Assembly (NCBI GenBank): GCA_046339235.1
Contig: JBKDUW010000155.1
Span: 1 to 47,729 of the forward strand
Direction of reading: 5' to 3'
From: Erythrobacteraceae bacterium
Lineage (GTDB): Bacteria; Pseudomonadota; Alphaproteobacteria; Sphingomonadales; Sphingomonadaceae
Length of the DNA stretch: 47,729 nucleotides
Below the pieces are notes generated by a model. That model had not been told where the DNA came from. It saw only the letters and a program-made list of their open reading frames with translations, and searched no databases. The position numbers and the translations under genes are program-made. This document shows, piece by piece, positions 20,687 through 30,165 of this stretch. Numbering within the stretch: position 1 is the first letter of the stretch; each line of letters starts with the position of its first letter.

Positions 20687-21335
20687 TCCTTTCCCCGAAC
20701 TGGAGGACGAGCCCTCGCCCGAGCGCCGCGCGGAAGGGCTCAAGACCCTGCGCCTCGCCCTGTGGGGCGCGGTGGCGCTGGTGGTTGGCATCGGCCTTGT
20801 GGCCATGTTCGCCCCCGACCGCTCACCCCCCTCGGCGGGTGCCGCGGCATATTCGGACAGCATCGGCGGGCCATTCTCGCTGACCGCGCCGGACGGCTCG
20901 CGGGTGACCGATCAGACGCTGAAGGGCACACCCTTCGCGATCTTCTTCGGCTTCACCCGCTGCCCGGACGTCTGCCCGACCACGCTGTCGCGCATGGCGC
21001 AGCTGAGGAAGCAGCTTGGGCCGGACGGCGACAAGTTCCGGATCGTCTTTGTATCGGTCGATCCCGGCTACGACACTCCGCAAGACATAGGCCGCTATGT
21101 CGAACTGTTCGGCACCCCGATCCTCGGGCTGACTGGCACCGACAAAGAAGTCGATGCGGCGGTCAAGGCCTACCGCGCCTTCTATCAGAAGGTCCCGACC
21201 AAGGGCGGGGACTACACCATCGACCACACCGCCAGTGTCTACCTGATGGACGCTTCCGGCCGCCTGCAGTCGATCATCGCCTATGACGAAACCAACCCCA
21301 GTGCCCTCGCCAAGCTCAAGCGGCTGGTGGGCTAA
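20679..21335 (+). CDS. SCO1/SenC family copper chaperone
   Basis: N-terminal TM, FGFTRCPDVCP, VSVDP, YTIDH. Confidence 0.95.
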   Translation: MADPFPELEDEPSPERRAEGLKTLRLALWGAVALVVGIGLVAMFAPDRSPPSAGAAAYSDSIGGPFSLTAPDGSRVTDQTLKGTPFAIFFGFTRCPDVCPTTLSRMAQLRKQLGPDGDKFRIVFVSVDPGYDTPQDIGRYVELFGTPILGLTGTDKEVDAAVKAYRAFYQKVPTKGGDYTIDHTASVYLMDASGRLQSIIAYDETNPSALAKLKRLVG

Positions 21336-21357
21336 CCTCTTCCAACAAAAGGACAGA

Positions 21358-23469
21358 ATGACAATGAGCCGCCTTTCTATCGCCGCGCTGCTTGCGGCCA
21401 CATCTCTCACCACCCCTGCCCTCGCGCAGGAGGCAGCGCCCACAACCGGGGGCTGGACTCCGAACAATAGCACCGTCACCGGCGAGCGTGACAGCTACGC
21501 CGCCGACGAGGCCAGCGTCACCCGCACCCCCGTCCCGCTGATCGAGGTTCCGCAATCGATCCAGGTCATCACCAGCGAGCTGATCAAGGACCAGGAGCTG
21601 GTCACGCTCGACGAGGCGCTGCGTAACGTCTCGGGCGTGGTGCCCTCGCTGCCGTCCGAGATCGTGCTGGTGAACCCGATCGTGCGCGGGTTCGAGGCGG
21701 AGATTTTCACCGACGGGTTGATCGGCTACGGCGATACCGCCGTGATCGATCCGGGCAGCCTGTGGAATGTCGAGCGGATCGAAGTCGCCAAGGGGCCGAC
21801 CTCGACCCTGTTCGGCGGCGGGATCGGCTCGCCGGTGGGCGGGCTGATCAACCTCGTCTCCAAGACCGCCAACGGAAAGACCTTCCTCGATGGTCGGTTG
21901 CGCGCAGGCAGCTTCGAGACCTACTCAATCGCGGCAGACGCAGGCGCGGCAATCACCGACAGCCTCTCGGCCCGCGTGGTCGCCGAATACCAGTCGTCCG
22001 AAGACAATATCGATGTCGTGGAGATCGAGCGGCTGCTGATCGCGCCCTCGGTGCGCTTCGCCCCATCCGAGAACACCGAGATTGTCGGACGCTTCACCTA
22101 TACCCGCATCGCCCAGCTGGAATATGCGGGCCTACCGGCGATCTTCGTCGATGATCCGCGCGTCGATCCCGAGCGCTTCACCGGCGCCACCAATGCGCCG
22201 GATACCGAGGTCGAGAACCTCACCGTCCAGCTCGAATGGACCCAGCGCTTGGGCGAAGGTCTGACCTTCAACCTGCGCGGGCGTCGCTATGAGAACGACT
22301 TCAGCGAATTCGCCTCCTCGCCCTTCCTCGCCTTCTTCCCCTGCGGCGCGGCCTCGGGCCTCAACGCCACGTCCTGCCCGCAAATCCGTGCGCAACTGCC
22401 CGCCACCATCGACGAATGGACGGTCGATGGCTCGCTCACCGCCGAGTTCACGACCGGCGCCATCGAGCACGTGGTGCTCGGCGGGGTGCAGTGGGACCGG
22501 GCCGATTACGACGCGGCGATCGGCTTCGATCTCTTCAATGTCGAAGCCTTCGACTATGCCGATCCGACAGCGGATTTCGACTTCTTCCCGATCCCCGCGC
22601 TCTCTGGCTTCAACACCAACCGCTACGAGACGCTGGCGGCCTATGTGCAGGACCAGCTGACCATCGCGGACCGCCTGCACGTGCTGGCCTCGCTGCGCTA
22701 TTCGCGGCTGGGGCTGACCGAATTCGTCGGCGGCACCAATGATGAAGTCTATCACGAATGGGACCCGCGCCTCGGCGTCACCTTCGATGTGACCGATGGG
22801 GTCAGCCTGTTTGCCGGCTATGCCACCGGATCGCGCCTGTCGATCTTCTTCAATGGCACTGCCAGCCCGGTGCCCGAACGGTCGGAAAGCTGGGAAGGCG
22901 GGGTCAAGTTCGCGCTGGCGGACACCGGGCTTTCGGGCACCATCGCCGCCTTCCGGCTTGATCGGACCAATGTGCCCACGCCCGATCCGGGCACCTTCTT
23001 CACCTCGATCCAGACCGGCGCGCAGCGCAGCGAGGGGATCGAGGCGGATGTCATCTATGAACCCACGCCCGCCTTCTCCTTGCTGGCGAGCTATGGCTAC
23101 ACCGATGCGCGCGTCACAGCCGATACGGTGATCCCGGTCGACAGCCGCCTGCCGCGCGTGTCCGATCATCGCGGGCGGATCGCCGCGCGCTACCGCTTCC
23201 TTGATGGCGGCGTGAAGGGGCTGGAACTGGGCGCGGGTGTGACGGCAGCCAGCGACAGCGTGATCGCACTGCCCAATGGCGCGGAGGTCGATGGCTATAT
23301 CGTCGCCGATGCCCAGGCGAGCTACACCATCGGCGGCATCCGTGTCGGCCTCAGGGTCGATAACCTGTTCGGCGCGGATTACTTCGTGCCCTACCAGTAT
23401 TTCGCACAGGACGTGGTGCGCCCGGGCAACCCGCGCTCGGCCTTCGTCACGCTCGGCTTCGGATTTTGA
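21358..23469 (+). CDS. TonB-dependent receptor (siderophore-receptor type plug)
   Basis: Signal peptide, PLIEVPQSIQVI, VERIEVAKGP, GGLINLVSK, C-terminal GFGF. Confidence 0.92.
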   Translation: MTMSRLSIAALLAATSLTTPALAQEAAPTTGGWTPNNSTVTGERDSYAADEASVTRTPVPLIEVPQSIQVITSELIKDQELVTLDEALRNVSGVVPSLPSEIVLVNPIVRGFEAEIFTDGLIGYGDTAVIDPGSLWNVERIEVAKGPTSTLFGGGIGSPVGGLINLVSKTANGKTFLDGRLRAGSFETYSIAADAGAAITDSLSARVVAEYQSSEDNIDVVEIERLLIAPSVRFAPSENTEIVGRFTYTRIAQLEYAGLPAIFVDDPRVDPERFTGATNAPDTEVENLTVQLEWTQRLGEGLTFNLRGRRYENDFSEFASSPFLAFFPCGAASGLNATSCPQIRAQLPATIDEWTVDGSLTAEFTTGAIEHVVLGGVQWDRADYDAAIGFDLFNVEAFDYADPTADFDFFPIPALSGFNTNRYETLAAYVQDQLTIADRLHVLASLRYSRLGLTEFVGGTNDEVYHEWDPRLGVTFDVTDGVSLFAGYATGSRLSIFFNGTASPVPERSESWEGGVKFALADTGLSGTIAAFRLDRTNVPTPDPGTFFTSIQTGAQRSEGIEADVIYEPTPAFSLLASYGYTDARVTADTVIPVDSRLPRVSDHRGRIAARYRFLDGGVKGLELGAGVTAASDSVIALPNGAEVDGYIVADAQASYTIGGIRVGLRVDNLFGADYFVPYQYFAQDVVRPGNPRSAFVTLGFGF

Positions 23470-23483
23470 GAGGAGAAACGACA

Positions 23484-24365
23484 ATGACCCTTGATAGACG
23501 CGCCCTCTTGGGCGGCATGACGGGGGCGGCGCTGCTCGCCCCCTATCTCGCGCTCGGAAAAGCGATGGCGCAAACGGCGGGAGGGCACGCGAACCACACT
23601 CCCGCTGCAGGTTCGCCAAGCCTCGAAGAACAGCAGGCGATGGCCGCGCACCAGAAGTCGATGGAGGACCTGTTCGGCGAGAATCTGTTCAGGAACGAAC
23701 AGATCGCGATGCTGCTCTACCCAGGCTTCACCGCGCTTGATCTGGTCGGCCCGCATTACTTCTTCGCCTGCCTGTTCGGCGCGAAGGTGCATCTGGTGAC
23801 GACGCAGCCCGATCTGGCTCCGGTCGCTTCCGACCTCGGCCTCGCCATTTCGCCAACGGTCACGCTGGAGAACACGCCCGCCGATCTCGACGTGCTGTTC
23901 TTCCCGGGCGGCACCAACGGCACGATGGATGTGATGCGAAGCGAACGCACGATGGCCTGGGTGAGGGACCGCGCCTCGCGCGCCAAGCATATCACCAGCG
24001 TGTGCACCGGCTCGATGATCCTGGGCAAGGCAGGCCTGCTCAAGGGCAAGCGCGCAACTTCGCATTGGGCGACCTTCCCGGTGCTGGAGGATTTCGGCGC
24101 GATTCCGACCGACGAGCGGGTGGTCAAGGACGGCAACATCCTGACCGGCGCAGGCGTTTCGGCCGGGCTCGACTTCGCCATTGCCCTGACCGAGCAACTG
24201 CGCGGCCGCGAATATGCCGAGGCGCTGGTGCTACAGGCGGAATACGCGCCCGAACCGCCGATTGTGGCTGGCTCGATGGCCACCGCATCACCGCCGGTCG
24301 GAAACATGATGGGCCAAATGTTCGCGCCCGTGGCCGACCAGTTTCGGGCGCTGGCGAAGAGCTAG
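23484..24365 (+). CDS. Tat-exported DJ-1/PfpI protein, isocyanide hydratase (InhA)-like
   Basis: Tat motif DRRALL; LDLVGP (Asp), SVCTGS (Cys), ATSHW, ERVVKDGN.LTGAGVSAGLDF, EYAPEPP, which follow the isocyanide hydratase pattern. Confidence 0.85.
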   Translation: MTLDRRALLGGMTGAALLAPYLALGKAMAQTAGGHANHTPAAGSPSLEEQQAMAAHQKSMEDLFGENLFRNEQIAMLLYPGFTALDLVGPHYFFACLFGAKVHLVTTQPDLAPVASDLGLAISPTVTLENTPADLDVLFFPGGTNGTMDVMRSERTMAWVRDRASRAKHITSVCTGSMILGKAGLLKGKRATSHWATFPVLEDFGAIPTDERVVKDGNILTGAGVSAGLDFAIALTEQLRGREYAEALVLQAEYAPEPPIVAGSMATASPPVGNMMGQMFAPVADQFRALAKS

Positions 24366-25335
24366 CTATCCGCCTGATTGGGCCGGGCTGCGATCAATCC
24401 GCCCGGCCCATTCGACGAGGCGGGAAGTCGCCACTCAGGTCTCCACCAAGGTGCGGTCATAAGGGGGAGCCTGGCGCGATCCCGAAAGTGGCGGGGCGGC
24501 TGCTGGCGAAACCAGGCATTCAAGCTCGCGACCGGGAGCGACCGGGTCTGGGTCGATAGATTGCGCAGCTTAGTGACCGCAATTGGGGAAACCGAGCCGG
24601 TGCGGTGCGGAGCAGTGAATACACCGCCGGTTCGGCTTTGCCGGCTGTCTGAAACAAATACAAATCCGATGTTCAGCCGCGTTTGTGTGCAGGTTCGTGG
24701 TTCCTGAATGCGTTCCAAAAAAGCGGTTTGAATGCAGCAGAGAGCCCGTCGATGCCCACGCTTTGAGCTCGAAGATAGCAATCCCATTGCAGCGCGCCGG
24801 GATCATTTTTCAATGATGGCTATTTGGTCCCCAATCGCGAACAAAACGTATCCGCACTAACGAGAAATGTTGCCGATCTGCACGGAAAATTGGTCGCTCG
24901 AATGCCGCTCTTATGCGCGAAATCCCCCCGGATTCAAAGCCATGACAGGATAGGCGATGCGTCGTAAAAGCTGGATCGCCTGACGCAGTTTGAAACCGGC
25001 TTGACCGGCACACCGTACGCGGCAGGGCGGCACGCTACTGTAATGAAATTAAAAAAGAATACATCTGAACGTGCGTATGGCAGCTTCTCAATCAAATCCG
25101 ACTGACCAATCGGATCAGATAAACTGATCGCTATGCCGCTGAAAAAACGATACATTTTTCAGACTTCAATCATTCGAATCTGATTGGAAGGCCGCGAGTT
25201 CAAATCTGTCCCACACTGTCCCACGTTTTCCACAGGCATCCGGCTCATGCTGGGGCTCATCTGGGGGCCTCCGAAAGCCGTGGTATAAAAATTAATACTA
25301 TCTATCAGGATATTGTGTCGACGATTGGCTTCCCT

Positions 25336-27624
25336 TCACTCCCTGATCCGCTTCGGCTTGGCGATGGATTGCGCTTTGATGTCCTTCTGGTGGAACGGCA
25401 GGCGGTGCCATTGCTTGGCCGCATAGGCGCGGGTCTGGTCGGCGACGTGGGGCGAGGCCGGATCGGTTGACTGCGAATAGCTCAGGATCGCATCGGCCAC
25501 CGGGCCTTTCTCGTCGAAGCCGACGATCTGGATATAGCTGGTGCCGTGGCGCGGCACGAGCCGGCCGTTGGCGGCGCGCTCGGATTCCTGCATGTTGAGC
25601 ACCCCGAGGCCGCCCGGGCCGCCGTGGATCGGGATGATGGTGTTGCCGGTAATCACCTGCTGCTCCGCGCCCCATGCTGCATCGAGCGCTAGACCCTGCT
25701 CCTCCATTGCTGTAACCGTAGCGGCGAGAGCCTCGAGCAGTTTTTTTCCCGCTTCGCCCTCGGTCGCAAGGTCGCGCGGGGTGGTGACGGGGTTCTCGGG
25801 ATCGAACGGCACCGCCCAGAGTCCCTTGATCCTCTCGGCTTGCGGCCAGAAGGCACGGAACAGGCGCGCGCCGCGGCTATTGGCCTCGAACCGTCCGTCC
25901 CACTTGGCGAGAGCCGCGCAGCCGCGCGCTGCGGCGCCTTCGGCCCCTGAACACAGCGCCAGCAATTCGGGCAGCGCGAGATCGGCGGCATGGCTATTGT
26001 TGGCAAAGGCGAAGGCCTGCGCCCGGGTGTGATCGATCTTGCCCGCCGCCAGCAGCGCGGTGGTTTCGGTGAAGTTCGACCGGGTGCGCAAGCTCCGCGC
26101 GGTAGCATAGTCCCCGAGGATCGGTGACAGCGCGCGGTGCGGGATCGCCGGGTTGCTGATCCAGTAGCTGTCGTTCGAATTGGTGAGCCAGGTCTTCACC
26201 TGCGTCGCGGCCTGATCGCTTGCGGGCATCAGGCCGGGGGCCGCCGTGCCTCGGTCAAGGTCCCAGTCGCAGGCCGATTTGCTGCCGTCGAGCAGGATCG
26301 CGAATTCGGCAAACAGCCCCGCGATCGGGGTCGCGCAGGTCTTGGCTTTCTCGGCCGAGACATTGGGCACTGCGGTGACATCGGCGTGGAGTGCGTCGCC
26401 AAACCGGTCGGCGGCAATGGTGTTGACCCAGGGGATGCCGAGCGTCTCGGTCACCGCTGCCTTGATCTCGCCGACGTTTTTCGCCTCGCCGATGCGTAGC
26501 CACGCCTCGATCCCGCGCTGGTTGCCGCGGTTGGCGTCCTTGAGCGCGAAGGCGCTTTGCGCCCCCCAGGTGATCCCGCGGTCGGGGACGATGAAGACCG
26601 GGCCGAAGCGGGTGCTGTAAAGCGTGCGGGTGACCGCAGCCGTGCCGTCGGGCATCGGGATGGTAACGGTTTGCCCCGTCATCGCCTCGCTCTTGCCGTC
26701 GACCATGTAGCGGGTCGGATCGGCGGGATCGAGCGCCAGCTGGTACAGCGTGAAGTGCCGCGCCTCGGTGACCGTGTGGGTCCAGGCCACATCCTTGTTG
26801 AAGCCGAGCGTCACCATCGGCGTTCCGGCGAGGCCCACGCCCATCACGTCGTAACCCTTCGGCCCGTCGATGTGCATCTGCCAGAAGCGGTTGGGGCCCT
26901 TCCACGGGAAATGCGGATTGCCGATCACCATGCCGCGCCCGTCTGCGGTCACTTCGCTGCCAAAGGCCCAGCCATTGCTGCCCATGCCCAGTTCCTTGGG
27001 ATCGGGCAGGGTGCCCGTGCTCCCGAGCGCGGCCTTGCGTGCAGGCGCGCCCGGAGGCGCGGCGTTGGCGATTGCGGGGGCAAGGGCGAGCGAACTCGCC
27101 AGCAGCATCTGCTTTTCGTTCAGGCGCAGCATATCATCGGCGGTGATCGGGCGGACCCAGGCCTTGCCGCGGCATTCGGCGGGGATGCCATCCGGCCCGG
27201 CGTCCTTGAGGAAGCGGTTGTAGCCCGCGACATAGCCTGCCATCAGGTCCCGTGCGCGCGGGGGCAGCGTCTTGGCGCTCTCGCGCAGCGCCGCGACGTC
27301 GATCACCGCGCGGAAGAACACATCCGAGCTGAGATTATCGACCTGATCGAAGCCGAGGGTGGCTTTCGCTTCGGGGCCGAAATGGCGCGAGCGTTCGCCT
27401 GCCACAGTGGCGAATTCCTCGGCCAGCAGGCACAGATTGTCCTCGGCATAGGCATAGGCGACCCCGTAGCCCACACCGGCCCACGTCTCGGCCTTGATAT
27501 GCGGGATCCCGTAAGTGGTGCGCGTGATGGTCGCTTCTGTGCGCTTGCGCGCGTCGGCCTCGGCCGCCGCAGCAAGCAGCAGCGCGGCAAGCCCGCCTGC
27601 CAGCAGTGAATGGCGCAACATCAT
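25336..27624 (-). CDS. Ntn-hydrolase acylase (penicillin acylase family, PvdQ/AHL-acylase-like)
   Basis: Signal peptide, YGIPHI, beta-subunit nucleophile GSNGWAFG, NPHFPW, WVNTIAAD, NSND, YSQS. Confidence 0.92.
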   Translation of the reverse strand: MMLRHSLLAGGLAALLLAAAAEADARKRTEATITRTTYGIPHIKAETWAGVGYGVAYAYAEDNLCLLAEEFATVAGERSRHFGPEAKATLGFDQVDNLSSDVFFRAVIDVAALRESAKTLPPRARDLMAGYVAGYNRFLKDAGPDGIPAECRGKAWVRPITADDMLRLNEKQMLLASSLALAPAIANAAPPGAPARKAALGSTGTLPDPKELGMGSNGWAFGSEVTADGRGMVIGNPHFPWKGPNRFWQMHIDGPKGYDVMGVGLAGTPMVTLGFNKDVAWTHTVTEARHFTLYQLALDPADPTRYMVDGKSEAMTGQTVTIPMPDGTAAVTRTLYSTRFGPVFIVPDRGITWGAQSAFALKDANRGNQRGIEAWLRIGEAKNVGEIKAAVTETLGIPWVNTIAADRFGDALHADVTAVPNVSAEKAKTCATPIAGLFAEFAILLDGSKSACDWDLDRGTAAPGLMPASDQAATQVKTWLTNSNDSYWISNPAIPHRALSPILGDYATARSLRTRSNFTETTALLAAGKIDHTRAQAFAFANNSHAADLALPELLALCSGAEGAAARGCAALAKWDGRFEANSRGARLFRAFWPQAERIKGLWAVPFDPENPVTTPRDLATEGEAGKKLLEALAATVTAMEEQGLALDAAWGAEQQVITGNTIIPIHGGPGGLGVLNMQESERAANGRLVPRHGTSYIQIVGFDEKGPVADAILSYSQSTDPASPHVADQTRAYAAKQWHRLPFHQKDIKAQSIAKPKRIRE

Positions 27625-27701
27625 TTGGCTCTCCCGATCCCGACTCTGCGGTGTTGTGGGCAAGCTATGGCAAAGCCGTGGTCAAAGCAAAGGGGGCAAA
27701 G

Positions 27702-27735
27702 CAAAGGGGCGCCCGGCATGGTGCCGGACGCCCCT
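27702..27735 (-). terminator. Probable intrinsic terminator after the TorF-like porin gene
   Basis: GC-rich hairpin GGGGCG.CCGGCA/TGCCGG.CGCCCC followed by TTTG on the minus strand, about 30 bp after the TGA at 27766. Confidence 0.55.
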
Positions 27736-27765
27736 CGCGCGCTTGGTGTCAGATCAGGTTTGCGG

Positions 27766-28758
27766 TCAGAACGAGGCCGTGACCGAGAAAACCACGGTCG
27801 CATCCTAGATCGAGTTGCCATCAAGCGTGGCGAAGTTCGGGCGGATCAGGTCGGCTTCGGCTTCCGAAATGTCGGTCTCGACATAGGAGACCGACAGCGT
27901 CAGGCCCGAAATCGGCACGAAGTCCGCGCCCAGCGACCAGTCGAAATAGGTGCCGGTCGGCGCGATGCTGGTGCCGTTGGGGCCAAGGCCGGGGTTGCCG
28001 TCCGAATAGCCGAGGTGGGCCTTCAGGGTGATCGGCATATCGGGAACGCCAAAGGCGGCATCGCCCGAAAGGTAGATATTGTCTTCCTTGTCGCCCGGAT
28101 CGGCCGGACCGACCACCGGAAACCAGTTGCCGATCGCTTCCTGCTTCGGCGCGTAGAACACACCGCCGGTCAGCGAGACCGGGCCGACGGTGCCCGACAG
28201 CTTGGCGTAGAGTTCGGCAAAATCGGTCTCGTCCGCGCCGCTGGGATACATGTACCAGGTCACGCCGGTGTCGAGCGTGCCTTCGCCCACCCCGAACTTG
28301 AAGCCGGCGATGAGGTCGAGCTCCATATTGGAACCGCCGAAGGTGCCCCAACCTGCAAGGTTCGAGCCCCAAGCGCCGACATAGAAGCCGCTTTCATGGC
28401 CGATGGTGATGCCGCCCTGCACGGCCATGCCTTCGTCCGACTGCGAGACGCCGCGGAAACGGTAGTCCGAGGTCAGCGTGGCAGCGCCCGAAATGGTGAT
28501 GGCCGAGGCTTCTTCCGCGGCGTCCTGCGCGCCCGAAGCGGTGGCAAGGTCGACCGGCTCGATCGCGCGAAGCGTGGCGGCGGTCTCGTCCGCGGCAGAA
28601 ACGGTACCAATGGTTTCGGCGCCAATGACTTCGGCGTCCGCAATTTCGGCGGTGATGATGGATGCGCCGGCTGCTTGCGTCTCGGCCGCGAAAGCGGGCG
28701 AGGAAAGGGCGGCGACAAGCGCGACAGCCGATGCGGCCGAAGCAAAACGGATGAACAT
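27766..28758 (-). pseudogene. TorF-family putative porin with in-frame TAG at 27805-27807
   Basis: Signal peptide, TSDYRFRGVSQ, GFYVGAWGSN, ELD. After GNSI-TAG the frame continues DATVVFSVTASF-TGA, the expected last beta strand with terminal Phe. Confidence 0.8.
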
Positions 28759-28810
28759 AAGGAACGCTCCATGAAGAGGATTGGTTCGTTCCACCTGCGT
28801 GCCACGCAGG
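28759..28810 (-). promoter_or_regulatory. Structured 5' leader, copy 1 (hairpin over the RBS)
   Basis: mRNA sense CCUGCGU-GGC-ACGCAGG hairpin, then GGAACG-AA-CCA...UGG-AG-CGUUCC-UU-AUG. Confidence 0.55.
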
Positions 28811-29026
28811 GCCTGTTATCCTTGTCGACCAACCCACCGAGGCGGTGTCGCACACGAATCTGACTCCCGTCGCTTCCCTTCTAATGTACGAAGATAGCGA
28901 GAAAGCACAAAGGTCATGTGGTGAGGCCGTCTACATTATCTTGTTGCGTGTCATGATTGCATCACTTGCGCAGATATGCGGGCGGGGGAATCCGTCGTTT
29001 GCGGGGGGCAGTCCTCCGTGATGACG

Positions 29027-29060
29027 AGGAACGGCCGGAGGTGGAGCACCGGCCGTTCCT
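29027..29060. other. Perfect 12-bp intergenic hairpin
   Basis: AGGAACGGCCGG-N10-CCGGCCGTTCCT just downstream of the 29086 stop; no U-tract. Confidence 0.55.
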
Positions 29061-29085
29061 GCTGATGGTCAGAAATGTGCGGCGA

Positions 29086-30108
29086 TCAGAACGACCAGCC
29101 CGCGGCGAGCTTGTAGAAGTCGCCGTCGTTGCCGCTTTCGATGTCGGCGCCGGCGGTGAAGCGGGCGAAGAAGCCGTTCTTGGTGGTGAACTGCACATAG
29201 GGGCCGACCCATTGGTAGACCCGTGCGGTCGATGCGCCGGGATAGGTGGTGCGGGTGTTGCTCAGCAGTTCGTAGTGCAGACCGGCCGAGAAGTTCGACG
29301 AGAACTTGTACCCGGCATTGACCCAGGTGTGCAGGAAGTCCAGCGCCGCATCCTTGTTGCGGTTGGCGAGCGCGGCGTAATAGCCGCCGTAGAATTCGGC
29401 CTCGAAGCTCGAATCCGAATAGTTGATGGTCAGGCTCGGCACGATGCCGTCGGCGAAGTTGGAGCCGGTGCCGGTCGGCACCTCATTGGCATCGAGCACC
29501 CCGCCCGAGAGCAGCGCGCCGTTGGTCAGGCCGATCTGCGGCTTCACCATCAGCTTGCCGTCGGCGAGGATGAAGTTTGCGCCGATGCCGAACTCGGTCC
29601 ACAGGTCGCTGCCCGAGGGAGCGTTGCCCGCAAGCGCGGTCGAGGCGAAGCTCGGGGTGGTCCAGAGGATCCCGTAGAAGCTCAGGTCGACATTGTCGCT
29701 GACGGGGATCAGGCCGGTGAAGGTCGGGTAGAAGCCGAAGAAGGCATCCTGGTTGAGGACGACGGTGAAGCGCTCCTGGCGCTCGGTCGGGGCATCGCCC
29801 TGCACGGCTGCGGCAGCAGCGGCGATCGCCGCGCTGCTCACGGCGACATCGCCATTGCCCTCGGCAAGGCCCGGGGCCGTGCCGGTGGCGGTGAGAATCA
29901 CGGGGGCGGATTCACCCTTGGCGGCGGCAATGGTCACGCCCGACAGGGTCTCGGCCGAAGCGGCATCGAGCTTGGCGGCGGCCTTTTCAGTCAGCACCAC
30001 CGGAGCGGCGGTTTCGATCGCGGTTGCCGGGCCGTGCGCCAGCGCGGGGGCGGAGAAGGCGGCAACAACGGCAAGCGCCGAGGCGGTGGAAGCAAAACGG
30101 ATGATCAT
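29086..30108 (-). CDS. Outer-membrane beta-barrel protein (DUF6733-like)
   Basis: Signal peptide, Ala-rich linker, LNQDAFFGFYP...SFYGILW...WTEFG, amphipathic strands, terminal WSF. Confidence 0.7.
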   Translation of the reverse strand: MIIRFASTASALAVVAAFSAPALAHGPATAIETAAPVVLTEKAAAKLDAASAETLSGVTIAAAKGESAPVILTATGTAPGLAEGNGDVAVSSAAIAAAAAAVQGDAPTERQERFTVVLNQDAFFGFYPTFTGLIPVSDNVDLSFYGILWTTPSFASTALAGNAPSGSDLWTEFGIGANFILADGKLMVKPQIGLTNGALLSGGVLDANEVPTGTGSNFADGIVPSLTINYSDSSFEAEFYGGYYAALANRNKDAALDFLHTWVNAGYKFSSNFSAGLHYELLSNTRTTYPGASTARVYQWVGPYVQFTTKNGFFARFTAGADIESGNDGDFYKLAAGWSF

Positions 30109-30165
30109 GTGGAACGCTCCATACGAGAGGTTGGGATCGTTCCGCCTGCGTGCTGCGCCAGAGCC
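30109..30165 (-). promoter_or_regulatory. Structured 5' leader, copy 2
   Basis: mRNA sense GCACGCAGG-C-GGAACG-AUC-CCA...UGG-AG-CGUUCC-AC-AUG; homologous to copy 1. Confidence 0.55.

Larger units (their letters stand above)
13303..25335. mobile_element. Probable decayed tRNA-Gly-anchored genomic island carrying metal-uptake modules
   Basis: tRNA plus integrase remnant on the left; AT-richer gene-poor segment with short direct repeats on the right; accessory cargo between. No intact integrase or long att duplication seen, so the right boundary is uncertain. Confidence 0.5.
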
